Shown here piece after piece: positions 50,380-59,517 of a DNA stretch of 64,000 nt. Position numbers and translations under genes: made by a program. Each line of letters opens with the position of its first letter. The stretch's first letter is position 1. The stretch lies in contig JBFWLW010000005.1 in NCBI GenBank assembly GCA_050251945.1, forward strand, positions 96,001 to 160,000, given 5' to 3'. The stretch is from Deferribacterales bacterium. Lineage in GTDB: Bacteria; Chrysiogenota; Deferribacteres; Deferribacterales; Geovibrionaceae. Under the pieces are notes generated by a model. The model was not told where the DNA came from. It did not search any database and saw only the letters and a list, made by a program, of their open reading frames with translations.

Positions 50380-50408
50380 TTGACTGTCAAATTAAGTTTC
50401 TTTACAAT
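50380..50408 (+). promoter_or_regulatory. sigma70 promoter of the liv operon
   Basis: TTGACT-N17-TACAAT; TTGAC-T-GTCAA palindrome over the -35. Confidence 0.7.
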
Positions 50409-50447
50409 TCCCTTTTACGCTTGAAAAGATACCAATAGGAGGAAAAA

Positions 50448-51617
50448 ATGAAGAAACTGCTTCTTTTTGCCCTTGCGGCAATGTTCGTTTTTGCAGGATG
50501 CAGCCAGAAACCGAAAGAAGAGGCCAAACCTGCAGGGGAAGCTCCCGCTGCTGAGGCACCCGCAGCAACAGGCGATGTTATCAAAATAGGTGTTGCAGGC
50601 GCACATTCGGGCGACCTTGCTTCCTATGGTCTTCCCTCTGTTAAAGCTGCTGAATTTGTTGTTAAGGATATCAACGACAAAGGCGGTCTGCTTGGTAAAA
50701 AAGTTGAGCTTGTTGTTGTTGACGACGTTTGCAAACCCGAAGTGGCAGTAAGCTCCGCTAACAAACTTGTTTCCGAACACGTTGTTGCCGTTCTCGGTCA
50801 CATCTGTTCAGGTGCTACAAAAGCGGCTATGGGAACATACCTTGCGGCTAAAATCCCCGTTATGTCTCCCTCTGCAACCAGCCCCGAACTTACAAAATCA
50901 GGCGAATATCCCAACTTCTTCAGAACTATCGCCCCTGACGATTCTCAGGCAAGACTTGAGATCGACTACATCACAAACGTTCTGAAACTTAAGAAAATAG
51001 CTATCATCCATGATAAAGGCGACTATGGTAAAGGTCTTGCTGAATTTGCAAAAGGCTTTGCAGAAGCAGACAAAAAACTTGATATCGTTCTTTACGAAGG
51101 TATCACTCCCGGCGCGGTTGACTATTCTGCAATCGTTCAGAAGATCAAACAGTCCGGCGCAGAAGCTGTTCTTTACGGCGGTTACCACCCCGAAGCGGCT
51201 AAGATAGTCACTCTGCTCGCTAAGAAAAAACTCAATGTTAAGTTCGTTTCCGACGACGGCGTTAAAGACGACACTTTCATCAAAGTTGCGGGTCAGTATG
51301 CTGAAGGCGTTTATGCGACAGGTCCCAAAGACGTGTCTAAAAACCCTCTTGCAATCGAAGCCAACAAAAAACATAAAGACGCTTATGGTGAAGACCCCGG
51401 TGCGTTCTATCTGAACGCTTACACTGCTATGCTTGCTATCACTAACGCTATCGAGAAAGCAGGTTCAACCGACTATGACAAACTCACCAACGCTCTTAGA
51501 ACTGAAGATGTTGAAACACCCATCGGCAAAATCAAGTTTGACGAGAAAGGCGATGCTATCGGTGCCGAGTTCTCTGTTTATCAGGTACAGAACGGCGCAT
51601 ACGTCGAAGTTAAGTAA
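50448..51617 (+). CDS. livK: Branched-chain amino acid ABC transporter substrate-binding lipoprotein
   Basis: Lipobox FAGC, GHICSGAT, FFRTIAPDDSQ, HDKGDYGKGLA. Confidence 0.92.
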   Translation: MKKLLLFALAAMFVFAGCSQKPKEEAKPAGEAPAAEAPAATGDVIKIGVAGAHSGDLASYGLPSVKAAEFVVKDINDKGGLLGKKVELVVVDDVCKPEVAVSSANKLVSEHVVAVLGHICSGATKAAMGTYLAAKIPVMSPSATSPELTKSGEYPNFFRTIAPDDSQARLEIDYITNVLKLKKIAIIHDKGDYGKGLAEFAKGFAEADKKLDIVLYEGITPGAVDYSAIVQKIKQSGAEAVLYGGYHPEAAKIVTLLAKKKLNVKFVSDDGVKDDTFIKVAGQYAEGVYATGPKDVSKNPLAIEANKKHKDAYGEDPGAFYLNAYTAMLAITNAIEKAGSTDYDKLTNALRTEDVETPIGKIKFDEKGDAIGAEFSVYQVQNGAYVEVK

Positions 51618-51635
51618 CAATTCAAAAGAAGAACT

Positions 51636-51664
51636 GCGGGGGACGATGCGTTCCCCGCTTTTTT
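51636..51664 (+). terminator. Intra-operon terminator or stabilising hairpin after livK
   Basis: GCGGGG(GA)..TCCCCGC followed by T6. Confidence 0.75.
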
Positions 51665-51699
51665 ATTCTCCGGCTTGATTAAACCATAAAGAGGTTATC

Positions 51700-52602
51700 A
51701 TGGATTATTTCCTTGAACTGTTCCTCGGCGGACTGACGAGGGGCAGCATATACGCTCTTATCGCACTCGGATACACCATGGTGTACGGAATTGTTCAGCT
51801 TATCAACTTTGCCCATGGCGAAATATATATGATAGGCGCATTCACTGCACTTATAGTAGCCAGTGTTCTGACCATTTTCGGTCTGAATGCCGCCGCGATA
51901 TTAGTAATAGCCACAGCGGCAGCGATAGTTTATTCCTCCGCATACGGATATACAGTTGAAAAAATTGCTTATAAACCGCTGAGAAACGCTCAGAGACTTT
52001 CGCCCCTTATCAGTGCGATCGGAATGTCTATATTTCTTCAGAACTATGTGCTTCTTGCACAGACATCCGATTTCCTTCCATTTCCGAGATTAATACCTGA
52101 GTTCGCTTTCATGGAACCTGTTTCACATATTTTCAGTTCTGCCGAGCTGGTCATTGTGGTGACCACAATGGTCGTTATGGTGCTTCTGACAGTGTTCATC
52201 AAATTCACCAATATCGGCAAGGCGATGCGCGCCACCGCACAGGATAAGACAATGGCTTTGCTCATCGGCATTGACGTTGACAGAGTTATTTCAGTTACTT
52301 TCATAATCGGATCTTCCCTTGCGGCGCTTGGCGGTGTTCTCATCGCAAACCACATCGGTCAGATAAACTTTTACATCGGCTTCATTGCAGGTATCAAAGC
52401 GTTTACGGCGGCGGTTCTCGGCGGCATAGGCTCCATCCCCGGCGCAGTTCTTGGCGCACTTATACTCGGCTGGACAGAGAGTTTTGCAACAGGATACGTT
52501 TCCAGCGACTATGAAGACGTGTTTGCGTTCGCTCTTCTTGTGCTTATACTTATCTTTCGCCCTGCCGGACTTCTCGGCAAGGCCGAAACCAAAAAGGTGT
52601 AG
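51700..52602 (+). CDS. livH: BCAA ABC transporter permease
   Basis: GSIYALIALGYTMVYGIVQLINFAHGE, KAFTAAVLGGIGS. Confidence 0.96.
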   Translation: MDYFLELFLGGLTRGSIYALIALGYTMVYGIVQLINFAHGEIYMIGAFTALIVASVLTIFGLNAAAILVIATAAAIVYSSAYGYTVEKIAYKPLRNAQRLSPLISAIGMSIFLQNYVLLAQTSDFLPFPRLIPEFAFMEPVSHIFSSAELVIVVTTMVVMVLLTVFIKFTNIGKAMRATAQDKTMALLIGIDVDRVISVTFIIGSSLAALGGVLIANHIGQINFYIGFIAGIKAFTAAVLGGIGSIPGAVLGALILGWTESFATGYVSSDYEDVFAFALLVLILIFRPAGLLGKAETKKV

Positions 52603-52604
52603 GT

Positions 52605-53816
52605 ATGGTAGCAAAGGAGATAATTAAATCCTTAAAAGCTGCCATATGGTTTATGTTTCTGACATTTCCCATAATGGTGATAAAGGTTAACACGGTCTAT
52701 AAGACTATAGAATGGCGCTGGATGAACATGGTGTACATAGGCGCGGGCGTATTTGCCGGCTCGTTTGTGTGGCGCTGGCTCCTTGAGCGCAAAGAAAAAA
52801 CCTCTGAAAAAAAAGAGAACATTTCAACCCGTGCTCAGGCTTATCTTGCAGATAATCCCATGGCAAAAAGAGGTCTGCAGGGCGCTTTGCTTGTTGCTCT
52901 TCTGTTTTTTCCAATGTTCATGGACGCTTATCAGATAAACATATTCACGGTTGCTCTCATGTATGTCGTACTTGGTCTCGGACTTAATATAGTTGTGGGA
53001 CTGGCGGGACTTCTCGACCTCGGATACGTCGCTTTCTATGCTGTGGGTGCTTATACGTACGCGCTTCTTAATACGACCTTCGGGTTGTCGTTCTGGGTGG
53101 TGCTTCCCATCGGCGGAGCGCTTGCGGCGATATTCGGTATTCTGCTCGGCTTTCCGGTGCTTCGTCTGCGCGGCGACTACCTCGCGATCGTAACACTTGG
53201 CTTCGGAGAGATAATCAGACTTGTTCTTGAAAACTGGAACGATTTTTCACATGGACCCAGCGGCATCGCAGGTATAGACAAACCGAACTTTTTCGGTCTC
53301 GAACTGAACCTGAACCAGATGACGGACGGCGTATATTACATGATGGTGGTATTCACCATTATCACCATATTCTTCGTGGGCAGACTGCAGAACTCCCGTA
53401 TCGGTCGTGCATGGCTGGCTCTCCGCGAAGACGAGATAGCTTGTCAGGCTATGGGCATCGGGCGCACAAGAACGAAGCTTATGGCATTTGCACTGGGTGC
53501 AACGTGGGCAGGTCTTATGGGCGTTGTTTTCGCAGCGAAGACCTCGTTCATCAACCCTGCGTCGTTCACATTCCTTGAGTCTGCTATCATCCTTTCGATA
53601 GTGGTTCTGGGCGGAATGGGATCAATTCCGGGTGTTATCCTCGGCGCGCTTATCATGATACTGCTGCCCGAGTATATGCGTACCTTCTCCGAATACCGTA
53701 TGATCGTGTTCGGCGGTGCGATGGTATTTATGATGGTTTTCCGTCCGCAGGGGATAGTGAGCAATTTCCGGAGGAAATACTCTTTCCACGGCGTTGACGA
53801 AAGGCTGGGCGGCTGA
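52605..53816 (+). CDS. livM: BCAA ABC transporter permease
   Basis: GLNIVVGLAGLLDLGYVAFY, RLRGDYLAIVTLGFGEI. Confidence 0.96.
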   Translation: MVAKEIIKSLKAAIWFMFLTFPIMVIKVNTVYKTIEWRWMNMVYIGAGVFAGSFVWRWLLERKEKTSEKKENISTRAQAYLADNPMAKRGLQGALLVALLFFPMFMDAYQINIFTVALMYVVLGLGLNIVVGLAGLLDLGYVAFYAVGAYTYALLNTTFGLSFWVVLPIGGALAAIFGILLGFPVLRLRGDYLAIVTLGFGEIIRLVLENWNDFSHGPSGIAGIDKPNFFGLELNLNQMTDGVYYMMVVFTIITIFFVGRLQNSRIGRAWLALREDEIACQAMGIGRTRTKLMAFALGATWAGLMGVVFAAKTSFINPASFTFLESAIILSIVVLGGMGSIPGVILGALIMILLPEYMRTFSEYRMIVFGGAMVFMMVFRPQGIVSNFRRKYSFHGVDERLGG

Positions 53817-53817
53817 T

Positions 53818-54606
53818 ATGGAAAATATACTTGAAGTAAAAGGACTCACCATGGATTTCGGCGGTCTCCGTGCCGTTGACTCCGTGGATTTATATGTTAA
53901 ACCGAAAGAGATAGTGGCGCTCATCGGACCCAACGGTGCGGGGAAAACCACATTCTTTAACTGCGTGACCGGTATATACACTCCCACGAAGGGGGACATA
54001 CTGGTAAGCTCGAACAAGGGCAGCGCAGTTCGATTGAACGGCTTTAAACCGAACAGGGTTACGGAACGCGGGCTGGCAAGAACGTTCCAGAACATCCGCC
54101 TGTTTCCGAACATGACGGTTCTTGAGAACGTCATGATAGGGAAACACTGCCGTCTTTCCGCAAAAATATTCGGTGCGCTTTTCCGCGATAAGAAAACACG
54201 GGCGGAAGAGCTTAAAGCCGCGCAGGAATGTTATGTCATCCTTGAAAAGCTTGGGCTTGAGAAATCGTGCGACGAGCTTGCGAGCAACCTGCCATATGGC
54301 GACCAGCGTAAACTTGAGATAGCAAGGGCGCTTGCCACCGAGCCGAAGATGCTCCTTCTGGACGAACCGGCAGCAGGTATGAACCCGCAGGAAACTGTTG
54401 ACCTGACACACCTTATCCGTATGATAAGGGATACGGAACAGATAGCCATCCTGCTTATCGAACACGATATGAAGCTGGTTATGAACCTGTCCGAGCGCAT
54501 ATATGTTATGGATCACGGGCAGAAGATCGCTGACGGTACGCCTATTGAGATCAGAAACAATCCTGAAGTAATAAAAGCGTATCTGGGGGAGGATATTGAT
54601 GCTTGA
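53818..54606 (+). CDS. livG: BCAA ABC transporter ATP-binding protein
   Basis: GPNGAGKTT, ARTFQNIRLF, LPYG, LLDEPAAG. Confidence 0.96.
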   Translation: MENILEVKGLTMDFGGLRAVDSVDLYVKPKEIVALIGPNGAGKTTFFNCVTGIYTPTKGDILVSSNKGSAVRLNGFKPNRVTERGLARTFQNIRLFPNMTVLENVMIGKHCRLSAKIFGALFRDKKTRAEELKAAQECYVILEKLGLEKSCDELASNLPYGDQRKLEIARALATEPKMLLLDEPAAGMNPQETVDLTHLIRMIRDTEQIAILLIEHDMKLVMNLSERIYVMDHGQKIADGTPIEIRNNPEVIKAYLGEDIDA

Positions 54607-55306
54607 AATAAGCAACATCAATGCATTTTACGGAAACATTCAGGCACTGCACAACGTTTCCATCAATATAAAGCAGGGTGAGATAATCACCCTTATCGGT
54701 GCGAACGGAGCCGGAAAGACCACTACGCTGATGTCTATCAGCGGTATCGTGCATCCGAAATCCGGCGAAATACGCTTTAACGGCGAAGTTATCAGCGGAA
54801 AAAAGCCTGATAAGATAGTTCAGATGGGTCTGGCGCACGTTCCTGAAGGAAGGCACATTTTCCCTTATCTGACGGTTATGGAAAACCTTGACCTCGGCGC
54901 TTATCTGCGCAAGGATAAGGATAACGTTAAAAAAGATCTGGAACACGTTTTTGAGCTGTTCCCAAGGCTTAGAGAGAGAAAGAACCAGCAGGGCGGAACC
55001 CTTTCCGGCGGCGAACAGCAGATGCTCGCCATCTCAAGGGCGCTTATGGCGCGTCCGAAAATGCTTCTTCTTGATGAACCTTCTCTGGGTCTCGCCCCTC
55101 TTATTGTTAGGCAGATCTTTGATATCATCAAACGTATCAATCAGGAGGACGGCACGACCATCTTCCTTGTTGAACAGAATGCGAACCTCGCGCTGAAAGT
55201 GGCTCACAGAGGGTATGTCATGGAAAACGGGCATATTACAATGGAGGACGAGGCGCAGAAGCTGCTGGTGAATGAAGAGGTCAAAAAAGCGTATCTGGGG
55301 ATATAA
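54599..55306 (+). CDS. livF: BCAA ABC transporter ATP-binding protein
   Basis: GANGAGKTT, VPEGR, LSGGEQQM, LLDEPSLGLAP. Confidence 0.96.
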   Translation: MLEISNINAFYGNIQALHNVSINIKQGEIITLIGANGAGKTTTLMSISGIVHPKSGEIRFNGEVISGKKPDKIVQMGLAHVPEGRHIFPYLTVMENLDLGAYLRKDKDNVKKDLEHVFELFPRLRERKNQQGGTLSGGEQQMLAISRALMARPKMLLLDEPSLGLAPLIVRQIFDIIKRINQEDGTTIFLVEQNANLALKVAHRGYVMENGHITMEDEAQKLLVNEEVKKAYLGI

Positions 55307-55927
55307 ATGAAAAAACTTTTTATCATTTTCTTAGGAGTGATTTTTATCATGGCAGGAAAAGCAAAGGCGGACACACCCGCAAAAGCTAAAGAAGCAAAAG
55401 CGAAACAGACGGAAGCGAAAGCAGAAAAACCGAAGGCTGTAAAACCCAAAGCGGCGAAAGCGCCTATGGTGGTTTTTGAGACAACTCAGGGCAAGATAGT
55501 TTTTAAACTCTTCCCGAAAGAGGCTCCGAAAACAGTTGAAAACTTTGTGGGTCTGGTGAACAAAGGCTATTACAACGGCATCATCTTCCACCGTATCATC
55601 AAGGAATTCATGATTCAGGGCGGCGACCCCACAGGTACCGGACGCGGCGGCGAATCTCTTTGGGGCGGCAAGTTCGAGGACGAGTTCAGCCAGCTTATCT
55701 TTAACAAGAAAGGACTGCTCGCTATGGCGAACGCAGGACCCAACACGAACGGCAGCCAGTTTTTCATAACGACTGTGCCGACGCCGTGGCTTGACAACCG
55801 CCACACTATATTCGGTGAAGTTGTTGAGGGTTACGACGTAGTTGAAAAACTTGAGAACGTTCGCACAGGTTATGGCGACAGACCTGTTGAGGAACAGAAG
55901 ATCATCAAGGCGTATGTCAAAAAGTAA
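55307..55927 (+). CDS. Cyclophilin-type peptidyl-prolyl isomerase with signal peptide and Lys/Ala-rich linker
   Basis: [40 protein letters not shown]. Confidence 0.96.
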   Translation: MKKLFIIFLGVIFIMAGKAKADTPAKAKEAKAKQTEAKAEKPKAVKPKAAKAPMVVFETTQGKIVFKLFPKEAPKTVENFVGLVNKGYYNGIIFHRIIKEFMIQGGDPTGTGRGGESLWGGKFEDEFSQLIFNKKGLLAMANAGPNTNGSQFFITTVPTPWLDNRHTIFGEVVEGYDVVEKLENVRTGYGDRPVEEQKIIKAYVKK

Positions 55928-55933
55928 CGTCCC

Positions 55934-55954
55934 GTAGGGCGGACTTGCTCCGCC
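55934..55954 (+). repeat. GTAG-type REP-like palindrome
   Basis: GTAG-GGCGGA-CTTGC-TCCGCC; single copy in this window. Confidence 0.5.
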
Positions 55955-55965
55955 ATTACATATAT

Positions 55966-55999
55966 AAAATCCCCGTTGCGAAAGTGGCGGGGATTTTTT
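55966..55999 (+). terminator. Rho-independent terminator after the cyclophilin gene
   Basis: AAAATCCCCGTTGC-GAAA-GTGGCGGGGATTTTTT. Confidence 0.85.
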
Positions 56000-56000
56000 A

Positions 56001-56121
56001 TTGGCGGTTATCTGCGGCGCACTACTGCGTCAGTTTTCAATTTTTCGGGTCATGTACATCAGTTGTACACTCCCCTTCAAAATCGAAAGCCTTCCTTGTC
56101 CTGCTTGCATCTACCCACCAA
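56001..56121. repeat. Family B long-hairpin repeat
   Basis: TGCGGCGCACTACTGCGTCAG / CTTCCTTGTCCTGCTTGCATCT; apical TGTAC/GTACACTCCCCTTC as in the 39367 copy. Confidence 0.85.
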
Positions 56122-56141
56122 GTTTAAGATAGGACTTCTCC

Positions 56142-56171
56142 CGTCTCTGCGAGCCGCAGGCGCGGCAGTCT
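56142..56171 (+). repeat. Family A repeat (minimal)
   Basis: CGTCTCTGCGAGCCGCAGGCGCGGCAGTCT. Confidence 0.75.
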
Positions 56172-56175
56172 GAAC

Positions 56176-56202
56176 AAAAAAGCCCGCTCAAATGAGCGGG
56201 CT
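56176..56202 (-). terminator. Rho-independent terminator downstream of lysA (original copy)
   Basis: AGCCCGCTCA-AA-TGAGCGGGCT stem with a T-run on the minus strand. Confidence 0.8.
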
Positions 56203-56358
56203 TGGGTTGTTGACAAAGTCATAATTTTGATTTTTCTCCCTCCTTTAGCAAAAGGAGGGCTGGGGTGGATTTGATTGATGTTTAATCAAAATCCCCCTTA
56301 ATCCCCCTTTTCTAAAGGGGGAGATAGGAACGCAAAATCCAGTTTGTCATCAGTCTGA
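56203..56358. mobile_element. Non-autonomous MITE with IS1182-like ends, flanked by a duplicated 20-bp hairpin
   Basis: Imperfect TIRs GGTTGTTGACAAAGT / AGTTTGTCATCAGTC; flanks CCCGCTCA-nn-TGAGCGGGCT at 56183-56202 and 56359-56378. Confidence 0.7.
56235..56324. repeat. Inverted pair of CCCCCTT/AAGGGGG-type palindromic repeats (family C), nested in the MITE
   Basis: TCTCCCTCCTTT-AGC-AAAAGGAGGGCTGGGGTGGATTT and AAATCCCCCTTAATCCCCCTTT-TCT-AAAGGGGGAGA. Confidence 0.75.
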
Positions 56359-56402
56359 CCCGCTCAGGTGAGCGGGCTGTGTTATTTAGCGTAAACAGCT
56401 AA

Positions 56403-57644
56403 TTAGAATTTCAAAGTTGCGAACAGGTCGTCGTGGGTTTCGGCGCGGCGGATAAGTTCCACACTGCCGTCCTCTTTAAGCAGGAGTTCCGCGGAGCGGA
56501 GCTTCCCGTTATAGTTAAAGCCCATGGCGTGTCCGTGTGCGCCTGTGTCGTGAATGACCACTATGTCACCCTTTTTAATTTCGGGCAGTTTTCTGTCCAC
56601 CGCGAACTTGTCGCAGTTTTCACAGAGCGAACCGACAACGTCGTAAACACGGTCGGCGGGGGCGTTCTCTTTGCCCATCACTGTGACGTGGTGGTATGCG
56701 CCGTACATGCCGGGACGCATCAGGTTTGCCATACATGCGTCAACGCCTACATATTCTTTATAGATATGTTTTTCGTGTACCGCAGTTGTGACAAGATATC
56801 CGTAAGGACCTGTTATGACCCTTCCGCACTCAAGGTAGATATCGGGCTTGAGACCTTTGGAACCAAGTATCTTCTCATACTGCGCTTTCACTTTTTCGCC
56901 CAGTTCCTCAAGGTTCACTTCGTTCTGTTCAGGTTTGTAGGGGATGCCGATACCGCCGCCGAGGTTGATGAACTCAAGGTCGATGCCTATCTTCTCAGCT
57001 ATTTCCGCAGCCATCTCAAAAAGGATTCCCGCTGTTTCAACGAAGTAGTCAACGTTCAGCTCGTTTGACGCGACCATGGTGTGCATACCGAAGCGTTTGC
57101 ATCCTTTTTCTTTCATAACTCTGTAGGCTTCAAACATCTGCTCGCGGGTAAGACCGTATTTCGCCTCTTCCGGTGCGCCGATGATGGAGTTACCGCCTTT
57201 CAAAGGTCCGGGGTTATAGCGGAAGCAGATAGCTTCCGGCAGTGTGCCGCATGATTCTTCAAGGTATTGAATATGCGTGAAGTCGTCGAGGTTGATTATC
57301 GCCTTCTGCTCGAAAGCTTTTTTATATTCGCTTGCGGGTGTTTCGTTTGAAGTGAACATTATCTGTTCGCCGCTGATTCCCGCCATATCGCAAAGCAGAA
57401 GCTCCGCCATGGAACTGCAATCCGCGCCGAATCCTTCTTTTTTCAGCACTTTCATTATGCTGGGGTTGGGCAGTGCCTTAACAGCAAAATATTCCTGAAA
57501 TTTCGGCGCCCAGCTGAACGCTTTTTTCAGTCTTCTTGCGTTTTCAAGTATCGCTTTCTCATCATAAATGTGAAAGGGAGTGGGATATTTTTCGATTATT
57601 TTTTCGATTTGTTGTTTGTTAAAAGGTACATTTTTCTCTGACAT
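56403..57644 (-). CDS. lysA: Diaminopimelate decarboxylase
   Basis: YFAVKA PLP lysine, INLGGGIG, ECGR, GSLCENCD, HDTGAHG..MGFNYN. Confidence 0.93.
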   Translation of the reverse strand: MSEKNVPFNKQQIEKIIEKYPTPFHIYDEKAILENARRLKKAFSWAPKFQEYFAVKALPNPSIMKVLKKEGFGADCSSMAELLLCDMAGISGEQIMFTSNETPASEYKKAFEQKAIINLDDFTHIQYLEESCGTLPEAICFRYNPGPLKGGNSIIGAPEEAKYGLTREQMFEAYRVMKEKGCKRFGMHTMVASNELNVDYFVETAGILFEMAAEIAEKIGIDLEFINLGGGIGIPYKPEQNEVNLEELGEKVKAQYEKILGSKGLKPDIYLECGRVITGPYGYLVTTAVHEKHIYKEYVGVDACMANLMRPGMYGAYHHVTVMGKENAPADRVYDVVGSLCENCDKFAVDRKLPEIKKGDIVVIHDTGAHGHAMGFNYNGKLRSAELLLKEDGSVELIRRAETHDDLFATLKF

Positions 57645-57814
57645 GGCATCTTCCGATAAATTTTATTTAAAAGTCTAACACCCTAACATACAAAATATGC
57701 GAATTCAACGATTATTCAGAATGGTGAGCATATGTTAAATCTGCTATACTTAAAAATAAAATAATGCGTATTTCTACATGAATGATACAAAAAAGGTGGA
57801 AAAATACTTCGCGA

Positions 57815-57846
57815 TGGTATACTATTGTTTAATACATTTGTTTAAA
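57815..57846 (+). promoter_or_regulatory. Extended -10 (TGgTATACT) and adjacent imperfect palindrome, candidate TetR operator
   Basis: TATACT at 57818-57823, followed by TTTAATACA-TT-TGTTTAAA. Confidence 0.5.
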
Positions 57847-57856
57847 GGTGTTAAAA

Positions 57857-58486
57857 TTGAAAAAGAATGCAAAACAGAAAATACTTGAAGCGGCAATGGA
57901 GGTCTTTGGTGAACAAGGCTTTCGTGCGGCGACCGTTCGTGAAATCTGCAAAAAGGCCGGTGTCAATATAGCGCTGGTCAATTATCATTTCAAGAGTAAA
58001 AAGCTGCTTTATTTTGAGCTTTTCAACGCTATCTCCTCAGATATCGACAGCAGATACCCAATTGAAAAGTTTGTGAAGCCGGAAATGACTAAGGAGGAAA
58101 AGCTCAGAGGGATGGTTGATATGCTCGTCAGCCGCTTTTTTGGTCCTGACGGTCTTTCAAGCTCAAAAACAAGACTTAAACTGGTTAACCGTGAAATGAT
58201 TGAACCGACAGACGTTATGGAGCAGACCATCATAGCGAAAATGGCAGAATTCGAGAAAGCCGGGAAAGACGTTTTTTGCGGATTCCTTGGCGAAGACCTG
58301 CCTATTGAAAAAATTAAACTGCTGATAATAAGTGTTGTCGGTCAGTGTGCCTATCCAATGTTTTCAACAGAGCTTCTCAGAAAATCCGGACTCATTACCG
58401 GACCCATGAACGAATTTTGCAAAGCTCTTACTGATCATGTGTACGAATTTACTATAAGTGCGCTGGAGAATATGCGGAGCAAATAA
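57857..58486 (+). CDS. TetR-family regulator (CecR/YbiH-like)
   Basis: ILEAAMEVFGEQGFRAATVREICKKAGVNIALVNYHFKSK; precedes ybhGFSR-like genes; TTG start after AAGGTG. Confidence 0.92.
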   Translation: MKKNAKQKILEAAMEVFGEQGFRAATVREICKKAGVNIALVNYHFKSKKLLYFELFNAISSDIDSRYPIEKFVKPEMTKEEKLRGMVDMLVSRFFGPDGLSSSKTRLKLVNREMIEPTDVMEQTIIAKMAEFEKAGKDVFCGFLGEDLPIEKIKLLIISVVGQCAYPMFSTELLRKSGLITGPMNEFCKALTDHVYEFTISALENMRSK

Positions 58487-58488
58487 AT

Positions 58489-59517
58489 ATGAAAAAAGCG
58501 ATTGTCATTGTCATTGCGGCGGTCATAGCTGTTGCCGCGGTTCTGGTGTATCTGGGGCGAAGCAGCGACGGCGATCTTGAAGATATCGTTTTTTCCGGCA
58601 CTGTTGAGGTTACGGACGTTCTTTTGTCGTTCAAGATTTCAGGCAGGGTCATAGACGTTCTCTTCAAAGAGGGTGATTCTGTGCCCGCAGGTGTTGTGGT
58701 GGCGCGGCTGGACGATGCCGATCAGAAGCTTGCGGTTAAAACGGCAGAGGCGAACGTTGCTGTGAGCGACGCCGCTTTGCAGGAGCTTCTTGCGGGAAGC
58801 CGCAAGCAGGAGATAATGAACGCTCAGGCGGCGGTTGACATGGCAGACGCGGCGCTTTTACGCTCAAAGAACGACGCACAGCAGGCGAAGGCAGACAAAG
58901 ACAGGTTTGAATATCTGTATCAGAACAACGGACTCAGCAAATACGACTTTGAGCAGTATGACACAAAATATAAAAAATCGGTGAACACCGTCAGGGAATC
59001 CGAGGCGTCTCTTAAATCTGCAAAAGAGAGCCTCAGCCTTGCCCTTGAAGGGACGCGAAGCGAAACCATAAAAAAAGCCTATGCGGCGCTTGAACTTGCA
59101 AAGACAGAATTGCAGACGGCGAAGCAGAATCTTGAATACACCGAACTGAAATCCTCCGTCAGCGGAAAGGTGCTTACGCGCTCCGCTGAGCCGGGGGAGT
59201 TCTTTCAGGCTGGCAGTCCGATACTTGATGTTGCCGACCTGAACGATTCGTGGGTCAGGGGCTATGTCGGCGAAAAGGATCTGGGTAAGATACATCTCGG
59301 CGACATGGTTGAAATACGCAGTGATTCCTACCCAGACAAAGTTTTTAAAGGCAGGATATCCTTCATTGCGGACGAAGCGGAGTTCACTCCGAAATCTGTG
59401 CAGACACAGGAAGAACGCGTGAATTTCATGTACAGGATAAAGGTCAGTCTGGACAACAGAGACCAGATGCTTAAAACGGGTATGCCGGTGGACGGGACGA
59501 TAGTCCTGAGCCAGTGA
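58489..59517 (+). CDS. HlyD-family membrane fusion protein (YbhG-like)
   Basis: SGTVE, coiled coil, FIADEAEFTPKSVQTQEER, LKTGMP. Confidence 0.93.
   Translation: MKKAIVIVIAAVIAVAAVLVYLGRSSDGDLEDIVFSGTVEVTDVLLSFKISGRVIDVLFKEGDSVPAGVVVARLDDADQKLAVKTAEANVAVSDAALQELLAGSRKQEIMNAQAAVDMADAALLRSKNDAQQAKADKDRFEYLYQNNGLSKYDFEQYDTKYKKSVNTVRESEASLKSAKESLSLALEGTRSETIKKAYAALELAKTELQTAKQNLEYTELKSSVSGKVLTRSAEPGEFFQAGSPILDVADLNDSWVRGYVGEKDLGKIHLGDMVEIRSDSYPDKVFKGRISFIADEAEFTPKSVQTQEERVNFMYRIKVSLDNRDQMLKTGMPVDGTIVLSQ

Noticed and set aside
55945..56173. Short ORFs across the ppi-lysA repeats
   Set aside because: They are translations of terminator and repeat sequence.
57645..57810. Lysine riboswitch upstream of lysA
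   Set aside because: AT-rich and short, with no AGAGG-type L-box core or long stems.
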